A model generated the notes under the pieces. That model was not told the origin of the DNA, did no database searches, and saw nothing but the letters and a program-made list of their open reading frames with translations. A stretch of 64,000 nt of DNA from a virus (taxonomy: Duplodnaviria; Caudoviricetes): the IMG/VR virus record IMGVR_UViG_3300012007_000015, positions 16,927 to 80,926 of that record, one strand, 5' to 3'. Shown piece after piece: positions 45,407-55,100 of the stretch. Within the stretch, counting starts at the first letter, position 1; each line of letters opens with the position of its first letter. The translations under genes were made by a program, and so were the position numbers.

Positions 45407-46349
45407 TACAATTATTATTGGATAGGAGTGAAAGGCACCTTACCTTGCGGCGTCTTATGTGTTCCACATCTGTGTTGAAGCCGAGTTTCATATTATCAAG
45501 CATATCCTCTATTTCGTGCAGCGATTTTATTCCCATGTTGCGCATCTTCAGAAGGCTCAATCTGTCTAACTGCACCAAGTCTTCGAGCGTGCGCACTCCT
45601 GCAGCATTTATACTGTTAAGAGAGCGTACAGACAGGTCGATGTCTGCGATTGGAGTCTTCAACAGGTTAAGTATCCTGTCGCATTCATCGGCCTCTCGCT
45701 GAAGTATGGCTTTCTCGTCGGCACCTCCTTGAAGCTCTGGGTGAAGTTCTCTTGTCAGTCTGGCAACCTCGGACTTCAAGCTCTCGTTATCCCTCTTGAC
45801 GCTATCAAGCTCGCTGACTGTATCCTCGAACTTGTTCATGCGAATCAGCAGGCCAACGACCTCTGACGCTTTCTTGCAGCCCCTGCCGAATATCTGAAAA
45901 ATGCGAGAGCTGGTAAGGAAGTATTTATCTGCGATGTCACGTATGTCGGTGCCGTCTATCACGTCGAGCATAATCTGCATCTCCCTGTAGTTTATTACAT
46001 TGAGGTTGTGCAGCATAGCAGGTATCGTCTTGTAGAAGTTCTTCTGGCTGACACTTGCCCCGATTTTTCTGACAATAAATAACTCCCTGTTGACATCGTG
46101 CAGAATCTTCTGCTCTTCTTCAAGGAGAGAGGATATTTCCTTGCGAACACTCTCCAGTTTGGTCTTGGCTTGCTCTACATCCGCAGCAGTATCAGAAATT
46201 GCGTTGATGGTATCCAAGTCTACCCAGTGTGCGTTCTCCGTACTTCCTGCCTTATGAATCTTGATGATTCCAGACCTACCCCAGTTCTCAAGCGTCTGTC
46301 TGGTGATGCCGAGCATTTCTGCTGCCTCTTTTACTCTGATTTTCTTCAT
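45387..46349 (-). CDS. Regulator: MerR-like HTH, sigma4-like HTH, coiled coil and RNA polymerase alpha C-terminal domain
   Basis: VKEAAEMLGITRQTLENW; DIADKYFLTSSRIFQI; PIADIDLSVRSLNSINAAGVRTLEDLV...RNMGIKSLHEI. Confidence 0.82.
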   Translation of the reverse strand: MKKIRVKEAAEMLGITRQTLENWGRSGIIKIHKAGSTENAHWVDLDTINAISDTAADVEQAKTKLESVRKEISSLLEEEQKILHDVNRELFIVRKIGASVSQKNFYKTIPAMLHNLNVINYREMQIMLDVIDGTDIRDIADKYFLTSSRIFQIFGRGCKKASEVVGLLIRMNKFEDTVSELDSVKRDNESLKSEVARLTRELHPELQGGADEKAILQREADECDRILNLLKTPIADIDLSVRSLNSINAAGVRTLEDLVQLDRLSLLKMRNMGIKSLHEIEDMLDNMKLGFNTDVEHIRRRKVRCLSLLSNNNCNDYGNK

Positions 46350-46421
46350 AGTTATTTCTCCTTTAATCTCGTTTGTATATCATTGCATTATAAGCTCCTG
46401 CAAATGCTCCTCCAATACCTA

Positions 46422-46452
46422 CAAAGATAAAATTATTTGTATGTATTCCAAA
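46422..46452 (-). promoter_or_regulatory. Bacteroidota sigma-A promoter for the alphaCTD regulator
   Basis: TTTG-N19-TATCTTTG. Confidence 0.8.
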
Positions 46453-46820
46453 TGCTATAAACAAAATAGCAGTACACAATAAAATAGTTGTTAAAGACAT
46501 TTTCATAGTTATTTCTTTAGTTGTTTGATAATATAATTAAGCCGCCATGTAGGAATAGTCATTGACTTATTTTCAATAGCACTATTAACTATTCGCTCAA
46601 TCTCATCAAGCACATAGTGGAATACGCTGTAGTCATGGTCTTTCTTCATATATGTTTCACTTTTTCCATAGTTTAAAATGGTCTATCTTGTCATTACACG
46701 GAGAGCCTATCTCGTCTGGGCAGTATTTATCCAACGAACAACTTTCGCACCCTTTTCCTCTTTTACATGGAACATGTCTAACTCCGTCGATTTCAATTAC
46801 AATATCTTTCATACTCTTAC

Positions 46821-47933
46821 TTATTTATGTTTATCAATATCTTCGTGTGTGGTATTTATGCGTCCCTTGTCAAGCAGGTAGTGCATGATGTCCTTGAGGT
46901 TTTTATCACGGTCTTTCTTTGTTCCAGACCACATTGTAACAACCTTGCTTTGCAATTCAAAATACGCCTCCGATTGTCCTTTGCGTAACATATCAAGGTA
47001 TTGTACATACGCCTGCGTGATGTCTTCGTAGGAAATCTTCTGGTCTTTCATCAGTTCAAGGATGATAACCTGTAGGTATTCCTTCGGCATGGTCTTTAAT
47101 AGTCTAAGTATTTCTTCCATATTATTGTTGTTTGTTTAATTATTTTACATCGACTCAAACCTCTCCTTCTATCAGACACTCGTTTGACTCACAATGTTTG
47201 CGCATGTGCTCAAAAAACTCGTAAATTTCAGCACTCTCAACATCTATACACCACTTCTTCCATTTCAAGCATTCTGAAGCTGGCTCTGCCGAACCACAAT
47301 TTTGCAAATGACCAAGACGTAAATCGGAAAAATACCAAGACATTCCTCCGCAATCCCTAAAAGCGCGTTCATGTGTATGCCAATGAGCGTCCAACGGAAT
47401 GTCGAACCCAAAACCTTTGTTGAGCCTTTTAATGACTCTTTCTTTTATTGTTGCCATAGCCTTGTTGTTTATTCGTCCATTAAATCTTTTTTGTCGATAG
47501 ATGCAAATCCAAAGAATCGGAATTTGTCGCAGTTGTACTTCAGGTTAAACACCAAACCTTCCGACTTGGTTACATAGCAATAACCTTTCAAACGTATATT
47601 TGGTACTTTTGCAAGATATATTCCAAAACACAAGCACCTTTTCCCGAAGCCGATTACACAACCATTAACCCAGTTGTATGTAAATCCGTATAGTTTTGTC
47701 ATACTTTATTGCTTATTTAATATGTCTTCAAGTCTTATTGTATTATCTGAATCTGGAATTTCATCTTCGCCAATAAGCCTAAATTCTATCTCTCCTCCAG
47801 CGGATATTTCTGCGTCTACATTCTTTCCGAAAAAAACGCTTGCAACTCTACTAAGTTCACTCTGTGAGTGCCAAAGGCGAATAATATTGTCTTCAACACG
47901 CTTGTATGCCTTTATAAGTTTCTGCTTATCCAT
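46821..47933 (-). CDS. Four small hypothetical proteins (46821-47120, 47155-47457, 47469-47702, 47706-47933)
   Basis: Co-oriented short ORFs. Confidence 0.6.
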
Positions 47934-47966
47934 ACCCTTGTTGTTTGTTTAATTATAAATTTATTG

Positions 47967-48626
47967 TTAGAAAAGTGACAGTTGTGATGTCTCTTGTTTG
48001 AATCTTTGTTGTGCCTTATCAAAGAAGTTTTTATCAATCTCGCAGCCGACGTAATCATATCCTAACCTATAAGCGGCAATTCTTGAACTGAAAGAACCTG
48101 CCATCGGGTCAAAGATAATGTCACCATCTTTTGCGTAATTCTTAATCAACCACTCATATAGCTCTGTAGGCTTTTGTGTCTGGTGAATGCGCTTGCCATC
48201 TTTTGTTTCAGACATAAATCCAAGTTGTCTAAGGTGGAATTGTTTTACAACCTTTGTCATGTTAGTCCACGCAAGTTCGCAGTCGGCAAATGGAGATTTG
48301 TTTTCTATGCCGTTGCATTTGTCCCATACAAGCCAGCATTTCGATTGAGGCAACAGATGTGTAAAGTATTGCCCCCCCCATATAATTACTCGGTCAGACA
48401 CCCTTAAAAGCTCGTCAAAGAACTCTTTGTCAGGAATCTTACTATCCCACTTTAAGTCTTGTGGTGTTGGCAGGTTCTTAGTGGTTACTCCGTAGCCATT
48501 CTTACCTCGTCCCCACTTTACTGAGAATGGAGGGTCTGCTATGGTAAGACCAAAATACTTGTCTGGCAGAGTTTTCATGTACTCCATACAGCCGATGTTG
48601 TAAACTTCACTTCTCATTGTTGTCAT
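47967..48626 (-). CDS. Orphan beta-class N6-adenine/N4-cytosine DNA methyltransferase
   Basis: Motif IV ADPPF is N-terminal, IHQTQKP follows, motif I FDPMAGS is C-terminal; no cognate nuclease adjacent. Confidence 0.88.
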   Translation of the reverse strand: MTTMRSEVYNIGCMEYMKTLPDKYFGLTIADPPFSVKWGRGKNGYGVTTKNLPTPQDLKWDSKIPDKEFFDELLRVSDRVIIWGGQYFTHLLPQSKCWLVWDKCNGIENKSPFADCELAWTNMTKVVKQFHLRQLGFMSETKDGKRIHQTQKPTELYEWLIKNYAKDGDIIFDPMAGSFSSRIAAYRLGYDYVGCEIDKNFFDKAQQRFKQETSQLSLF

Positions 48627-48792
48627 TTTTTTTGTTTTCTATTCCAAGTGCGAAAAAAGCACCGTCAACAAAAGCCCTACGTCTTGGGCTATTAGCATCG
48701 TATTGAGCACCTTGTGAGTTCTGTTTGTGATTTACAGGAAATCTTTTCAATGATTCTTTTTTAATTTCTTCTTTTGTCATATTGTGTATTAT

Positions 48793-49146
48793 TTAATTAT
48801 TCTCTTGTTTCTTTTGCCACCTCTTTTGAAGTATCATCATACGCTTAACAATACAATTCTGCATCTTTTCAAGCACAAACTTTTTTGTCTCGCTCTTACG
48901 GATAAAGAATGGATTGTACATAGTATAGAAAGGACGCTTACCATTTTTTGTTCTCTTTGTGTAGATACTTTCCTCGTATTCTTTGTCGTCATCTGACAAG
49001 AAAACGGCAATCATTAGGTTCTTTATACACAATGCCATATCAAGGTTATAATTCTTTGAATGGTAGTTTTCGACAAAATCTACGTTATTTTCACGTAAGA
49101 AGTCTTTAATAGCCTTTAATTTTTCTTCGTTTGAAATCTTTGCCAT
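48793..49146 (-). CDS. Hypothetical protein
   Basis: 117 aa ORF. Confidence 0.65.
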   Translation of the reverse strand: MAKISNEEKLKAIKDFLRENNVDFVENYHSKNYNLDMALCIKNLMIAVFLSDDDKEYEESIYTKRTKNGKRPFYTMYNPFFIRKSETKKFVLEKMQNCIVKRMMILQKRWQKKQENN

Positions 49147-49184
49147 AATATATAGTATTAAGTTGTCAATCTCTCATCAATATA

Positions 49185-49976
49185 TTACTTGTTATTTTTA
49201 GGTACAAACATAATATTTTTACCTGTGTAATCATAGATGTTTGGGTTGTGTTTGTAAACCTTACCATCTTTCCTAAACAAGAAGCAAGCATCGTTGTAAT
49301 ACTTTCTGTATTCGTCAATGTTGAATGTTTCAGCGTTGTCAAAAACAAGTGTATTGCTAAACTTGCGTTCCAGTTCCCCATAGAATAGCATCTTGTTCTT
49401 GATGCCACGAACTTTTGATACACTACACTTTACTATTTCAGCCAACCGCTTATTCGAGATATAGAAGTTTAAACCCCATACGGATAACCTACTAACAAAC
49501 CGTTTACCTTTGCGGTATTCGCTTGTTGTAGTCGGGTTCTGTGTCAATAATGCTTGTTCCCGTATGTTCTCTACCTTTCTTATGTGGTTTGCTAAGATAG
49601 CCCTGCGAAGCATATCCTTAACCTTTGCAAGCGTAAGGCTGAAATGCAGCCCATGCTTTCTATTTCTTTTCCTGTATGAATGTTTGAACTTGTATAGGTA
49701 CTTACCATCTTGGCACAACTTGTTGAATTTCATAGTGCCGTTTTCGATAACTACCATGCCATGTTTAACACAATAGTCAATGATACGCTTTAATCGGTCA
49801 CTACCCATGTGCGTAAGTTCCTTTAAGCATCTTACTGTTGTATTTTGGATTTCCGATGATGTTATACTAAGTTTCACAAACAGGCAAAAAGCAAGAGCAT
49901 CAAATTCTTCTTTCGATGCCATTGCCTCTTGTATGTAGGGTATTGAAACCCTTATCGTCCTGTTTGTGTATCGCAT
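49185..49976 (-). CDS. Putative replication initiator / wHTH DNA-binding protein
   Basis: Very basic, two HTH-like segments (TVRCLKELTHMGSDRLKRII; SNKRLAEIVKCSVSKV), own promoter and attenuator-like leader. Confidence 0.5.
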   Translation of the reverse strand: MRYTNRTIRVSIPYIQEAMASKEEFDALAFCLFVKLSITSSEIQNTTVRCLKELTHMGSDRLKRIIDYCVKHGMVVIENGTMKFNKLCQDGKYLYKFKHSYRKRNRKHGLHFSLTLAKVKDMLRRAILANHIRKVENIREQALLTQNPTTTSEYRKGKRFVSRLSVWGLNFYISNKRLAEIVKCSVSKVRGIKNKMLFYGELERKFSNTLVFDNAETFNIDEYRKYYNDACFLFRKDGKVYKHNPNIYDYTGKNIMFVPKNNK

Positions 49977-49998
49977 AAAAAGCCAAACTTATATAAAC

Positions 49999-50107
49999 AA
50001 AAAATCCAACTTGTGATGCAGGCACTTGTTGGAAATTTTATTGTGTATATAGTTCGGCTGAAGCCTCTTATGTACCTTTATTATGTCCGTTACTACAAGC
50101 CCTGCAT
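49999..50107 (-). promoter_or_regulatory. Attenuator-like leader with mutually exclusive terminator and antiterminator
   Basis: Terminator UCCAAC..GUG-CCUGCAU-CAC..GUUGGA-U6; 5' AUGCAGGGCUUG is complementary to CAAGUGCCUGCAU. Confidence 0.6.
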
Positions 50108-50122
50108 ACTTGTTTCACGCCA

Positions 50123-50153
50123 CAAAAGTACAAACTATTTTTCATTCCACAAT
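50123..50153 (-). promoter_or_regulatory. Bacteroidota sigma-A promoter
   Basis: ATTG-N19-TACTTTTG. Confidence 0.65.
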
Positions 50154-50174
50154 GGGTTTGATACAACTTTAACA

Positions 50175-51242
50175 CTATTTTAACACTTTTACGTTGTTTC
50201 TGTAAAGACAATTAACATCTCGGCAGTCAGATTTGTCGTCATTGGCCCAGCAACGAAAACCAACTTCACACCAGCAAATGCTGTCGTCGCAGCGAAAACT
50301 CTTACACCGCGTGAAAGTATTCTTTGTCGATAGTGATTCGTCTTTTTGTTTTATGTAGTATTTAGCCACCCTCTTACGCGGAGCCACCTGAATCTTCTCT
50401 GTCTCGATATTGAGTCCATCCTGTCTGAGGTCGAAGACGATGGCGGACAGCCGAAGGCACCCATACAGCTTTAGTGCCTCAAGCTGTGTTATCGACTTCC
50501 CTTCGAGCAGATGGTTCTTAATCATGGTCTTCTGTGATGCGAACTCCTCTGGGTTCAACTGATAGTCGTTTGCCATAATTGTAGTTGTTTTAAAGTTTAC
50601 TGATGTCTATTACCTCTGTCTTTACATATTTGAGAGTACCCTCGTATCCGAGCTCCTTGAGTCTGAGCATAAGCTCTCTGGGAGTGAAGTCTTCGAGTCT
50701 CAGATTCCTTGCGTTGACCGCGTCGATAGCCTGCTGTTTGAGACGCTGGCGTTCTTTCTTTCCCTCCAATGCCCGTTTCTTGCAGCAATCGGCACAGTAG
50801 TTAGTTACTCCCCATGCGTTCTTGTAGAACTCGCTGATGGGCTTCTCTTCGCCGCAGCATACACATTTTTTCATTTCTTCCATAGTTGTAATGTTTTTAA
50901 ATTGTTAATACTTTATATTACCCATATATGCTTTCGCCAAAAATGATGTACTGAAGAAGTCAGAGAGTTCTTCTTTTCTGATGTCTGTGATTGTCGTTCT
51001 TGTCTTCATAGCTATTCAGCGGCTTGGTTAAGATAATCAATCAATTCATCAATACTGTTGGCTGCGCTATCGAGGTTATCGGCAGCAGCCTCTGCAATCT
51101 CATAGCGTTCGCTACCCTGCAAATTCTCGGGAGTATTGTCCACAACCTCCTGCTCGGTGTCTCTCAGTTCTTCAATCTCGGTCTGCAAGTCCATTAGTTT
51201 ACTTACAATATTCTCAATCTGTGCTCTTCTCTTGTTGTTCAT
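50175..51242 (-). CDS. wHTH protein (50175-50576), CxxC..CxxC protein (50590-50883) and coiled-coil protein (51012-51242)
   Basis: HLLEGKSITQLEAL..YGC.RLSAIVFDLR wHTH; CVCC...CADC. Confidence 0.65.
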
Positions 51243-51280
51243 AATTTTAACTTGTTAATTGGTTAATAAATACTTAATAA

Positions 51281-52108
51281 TTACTTCTCACTCACAAATA
51301 TCTGCATCTTCTTGACACTGCGTTTCAGACTCGTTATCTGGTTATTGAGCTTCCACTGGAGCTTCACTGATTCCAAGTCCGAGAAATCCCACCCAACAAA
51401 CAGGGTGCTGTCGATGTCTCTGAAGTCTGACATCATGCCAAGTATCTGCTGGCGTATGCCATCCTTTGTATTGATTCCACTCCAGTCCCAATCGATAGGC
51501 TCACCGACCGTTGCGTCTGGGAAGACCTTCCTGAGAACCTTAATGAATGCCTGTACCTGTTTGGATTCGAGATACCTTGTTGTCTTGGTTTCTCCTCTTT
51601 TTCTTGCCATACACAATTTTTCCTTTTCTGTTTTGTTGTTAAAAGTTTCACGATAAACACTGTTCGCCGCCCCCAGCTTACAACCCTGTGCTTTCTTGAC
51701 TGCGAGAGCTTTCTTTGTTCTGTCTGATGTCAATTCCCGTTCGTACTGTGCAACCGAAGCAAACACACCAAGCAAAAGTGTGTTCATCTGCGGCATATCC
51801 ACAAAGTGTATTTCAATGCCAGTGTTTACAACCTTGAAGCAGAACTCGACATCGCGTGCGAGACGGTCAAGTTTCGCAAATACCAAAGCGCAACCATTCT
51901 CCTTGCAGTACGCTATAGCATCAGCAAGACCCTTTCTGTCTCGGTGTGTACCGCTCTCAACGTCCCTAAACTCCGCGACACATTCACCGTCATTTCTATC
52001 AATAAAGTCTCTACAGATGTTTTGCTGGCTTTCTAATCCCAACATGCTCCGTCCTTGCTTTTGAGTTGACACGCGAGTGTAGAATGCAAATTTCTTTCTC
52101 ATATTCAC
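51281..52108 (-). CDS. Serine recombinase (resolvase/invertase family)
   Basis: YTRVST catalytic Ser, ESGTHRDRKGL, KLDRLARD, FASVAQYERE motifs. Confidence 0.92.
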   Translation of the reverse strand: MNMRKKFAFYTRVSTQKQGRSMLGLESQQNICRDFIDRNDGECVAEFRDVESGTHRDRKGLADAIAYCKENGCALVFAKLDRLARDVEFCFKVVNTGIEIHFVDMPQMNTLLLGVFASVAQYERELTSDRTKKALAVKKAQGCKLGAANSVYRETFNNKTEKEKLCMARKRGETKTTRYLESKQVQAFIKVLRKVFPDATVGEPIDWDWSGINTKDGIRQQILGMMSDFRDIDSTLFVGWDFSDLESVKLQWKLNNQITSLKRSVKKMQIFVSEK

Positions 52109-55100
52109 AAATTTCTGTAATTGTAGTTATAGTCATTGCAGAACAATCTCCATGCTGAAATGCTCATTGTTACACATGTTGGCTCATGATGGTCGTACCA
52201 AAAGTAAGTTCTCGGATGAGCGTCATGCCAGAAAAACAGATTCTCTGCAAACGCTTTTGTGTGCTCATTTAAGAACACTGTTTTCTTGTTATACGGCTTC
52301 ATAACAGTTTCTTTATTTTGTCGGTTGCTTCTTTTAATGTCGCTCCATAGACCGCAGGATTGACATCTCCGTACTTATTGATGATTTCGGCAGCAGAATA
52401 CTTGAAGTACACAAGTCCTTTTCTATCCGCATATTCCTTTTTTGCCTCGTTCATTGAGTCAAACTCTCCCATTATCTCGTCGTTAAGAAAATTGAATGCT
52501 GTCACCCACCTACAGATGGTGTAGTCTTTCCATTTGACTTCGTTTTTCATAATTTATTTCCGCTAATTGTGTTATACATATCTCCGTTGCTGTCAACGAT
52601 ACGGAGTGTGTTGTCTGCGTCGTCTCTTAGGTTCTTTCGGTTAACGTAACCGATAGCACCTCTTATGGTATTGTAGCTCGCTACATACTTACCATTGTAT
52701 TCTACAAAATATGCGTTCTTCATACGTCCTTGGATTCGTTATATATTATTCTAAAGTGATTACCCCTGCGTTGAATCTTGACGTGTACGGCAGTAGAGCC
52801 ATTGCAGTCATAGTCAGTACAGGCATAACCCCTATCGTTCTCATACTTGAAGTTCCATGCTTTTTCGAGCATGTGCTTAGTGGCCTTATACCAAATAGAC
52901 TTCGACCTGATGTAGTCGTAGTCGCAGTCGGTGGAAATAAATTGGAAACCACCAACCTTAAACCATATTTCTTCCATAAATTCTAATGTTTGATGTTAAT
53001 ACTTGATTGGTTGTGGGCAACGGACGATAGTGACCGCTACCCGAGTTGCTTACTTGCGGAAACCACGCCCTCCAATTCTGATAAGGTCTCCACTTAGGAT
53101 ACATCCAAGAAGACCGATAAAAACAATAATACCCATGTAGTAATTACAATTAAATTAAACATTATGTTAACGAACACAATCTGATAGTTTGCTCTTAGTA
53201 TAATTTTGCCTCCTATGTTTTAATAATTGTTACCGCCTCTTGAAAATATAACACTGATATTGTCTTGTTCATCGAATCCGTACAAGGTCGCCGCGTGTCC
53301 ATGTCTTACTTCTTTGCAGTAATCATGGTATGCGCTCTTGTAGTTTTCGTAGTCGTTATTCACCTGTCCGCAGTCAGCAACCAACTGGTAACGGACGTAC
53401 TTTCTCTTTGCCATAATGTTATTGAATTTAAGTTGTTAATAATGTCATTCGTCTCCCCATGATACGGAGTTATATACACATCCCTCTCCGTCAGTATAGA
53501 CTCCGCAGTTTACCTTTGCATTTGCAAAATCTGCCTGCTGCTCTCGTATCAATTCAAGTACACGCTCCTTGCCGATGCCGTAAAAGCCGCTGTCTTTTGC
53601 GTATTTAAGCAGGTAGTAATTCAACTTTTCTGTCTTCTCGTTGTACGGACTATTGATGTTGCCGTAAATCATAATTGAGTTTATCATTTCTCGGCAGGAC
53701 AACTCCGCATGTAGCTTCACTTGCTCTTCATTCATACTTCCGAGCCTCGGCAGGCTATCCTGTGCTGCCTTAATCTGTTTTCCTGTCATAGTATCTCTCC
53801 TGCTAAGTAATACGTTGTTGCCTTGAGGTCTCCCTTGTAGATGTCAGAGCACCCTCTCGTCAGTACGATATATCCCTCTTTCTTGAGTTGTCTGAGTACG
53901 TCCTTGAGGACATCATCTGCTCGCTGTACACGAGTATATCTTCCAGTACCGATGCAGCCTCTGCACGATGGCAGGGCGCTACGTTCGATAACCTCGTAGT
54001 AGTCGTGGGCCTTGTCGGTTCTGATTCCGTCTCCGCCCATAAGAATGTTAGTAAACTCTTCGTTGATTGTGCTTGCCATAAGAGGCTTGAAATTGTTTGC
54101 CATAGTTATAATTGTTTATATTTTACTCTTCTCTTACTACCTTGCGTACAGCCCTGTAGATGGCCAGCAGGTTTTCAATGCTCATAAACGTTGACGAGAG
54201 GTACATGTCTTCCCCCATACTCACGATATAGAACGGATGCTCGCCACGTCCGTCGCTATAAGAGATGCGGTCGCAAACAGTGGTCTCCATTGTATTACCA
54301 TTTGACTGATGCAGGAAAAGCGTCTGTCCGAAAACGACATCGTCTCCATCCTCAGCACCTATCTGCTTTAGCATGTTGATAGTCTCTCTGATAATCACTT
54401 CGCGGCAGTTCGATACAGCCACACATACGTTCTTTCCTACACTCTTTTTAATCTTCATAGTTGTAATGATTTATTTGAATTTAAGATAATAACTCTGTAG
54501 CGCATAGTCAACGTAGTCAATGCTTGCGTTGTCAACGTGATAGCAGAGGTCAAAGTTGATTTCCTCGTCGTCCTCGTCCTCTTTGCGACCCTCTCGTCCA
54601 GCATAGAAGTCAGGCACATTTGCTGAGTTGAATGCCGTAAGGCTTCCGTCACTGATGTCGTATATAAAACCGAGGTCTTCTTCGTGAGCCTTTTTGAATA
54701 GGTCGTTCATCTGTGCAAGCAACGCCTGTTGTCTTTCTGTCAATGGTAGTTGTTTCATAATCAAAGTGAATTAAACTCCTGCTCCATTTTTGTGTAGTCT
54801 CTGTTTTGAGTGAACATGATTGTCATGTTGTAGTCGCACACCTTGTCTGCCTCAATCTTTGCAATGACAAGCGGGTAGCCAAGACCCTTGCAGCGTTCTA
54901 TGCAGTGTTCCTTGAATCCGCTTTCCGTACCCATCTCGCGGATGGCAATATAGAAAGGTTCTTTAAGGTCAGTCCATGACTTGGCGTGCAGTTCTGACAA
55001 TGAGTGAACCATGTCAGAAGTAACGAGTCTGTAACCGATTACCGCAGACACGCCAAGTGCTGCCTGCATAAGAATCTCACTGATTTGCGAAAAATGAATC

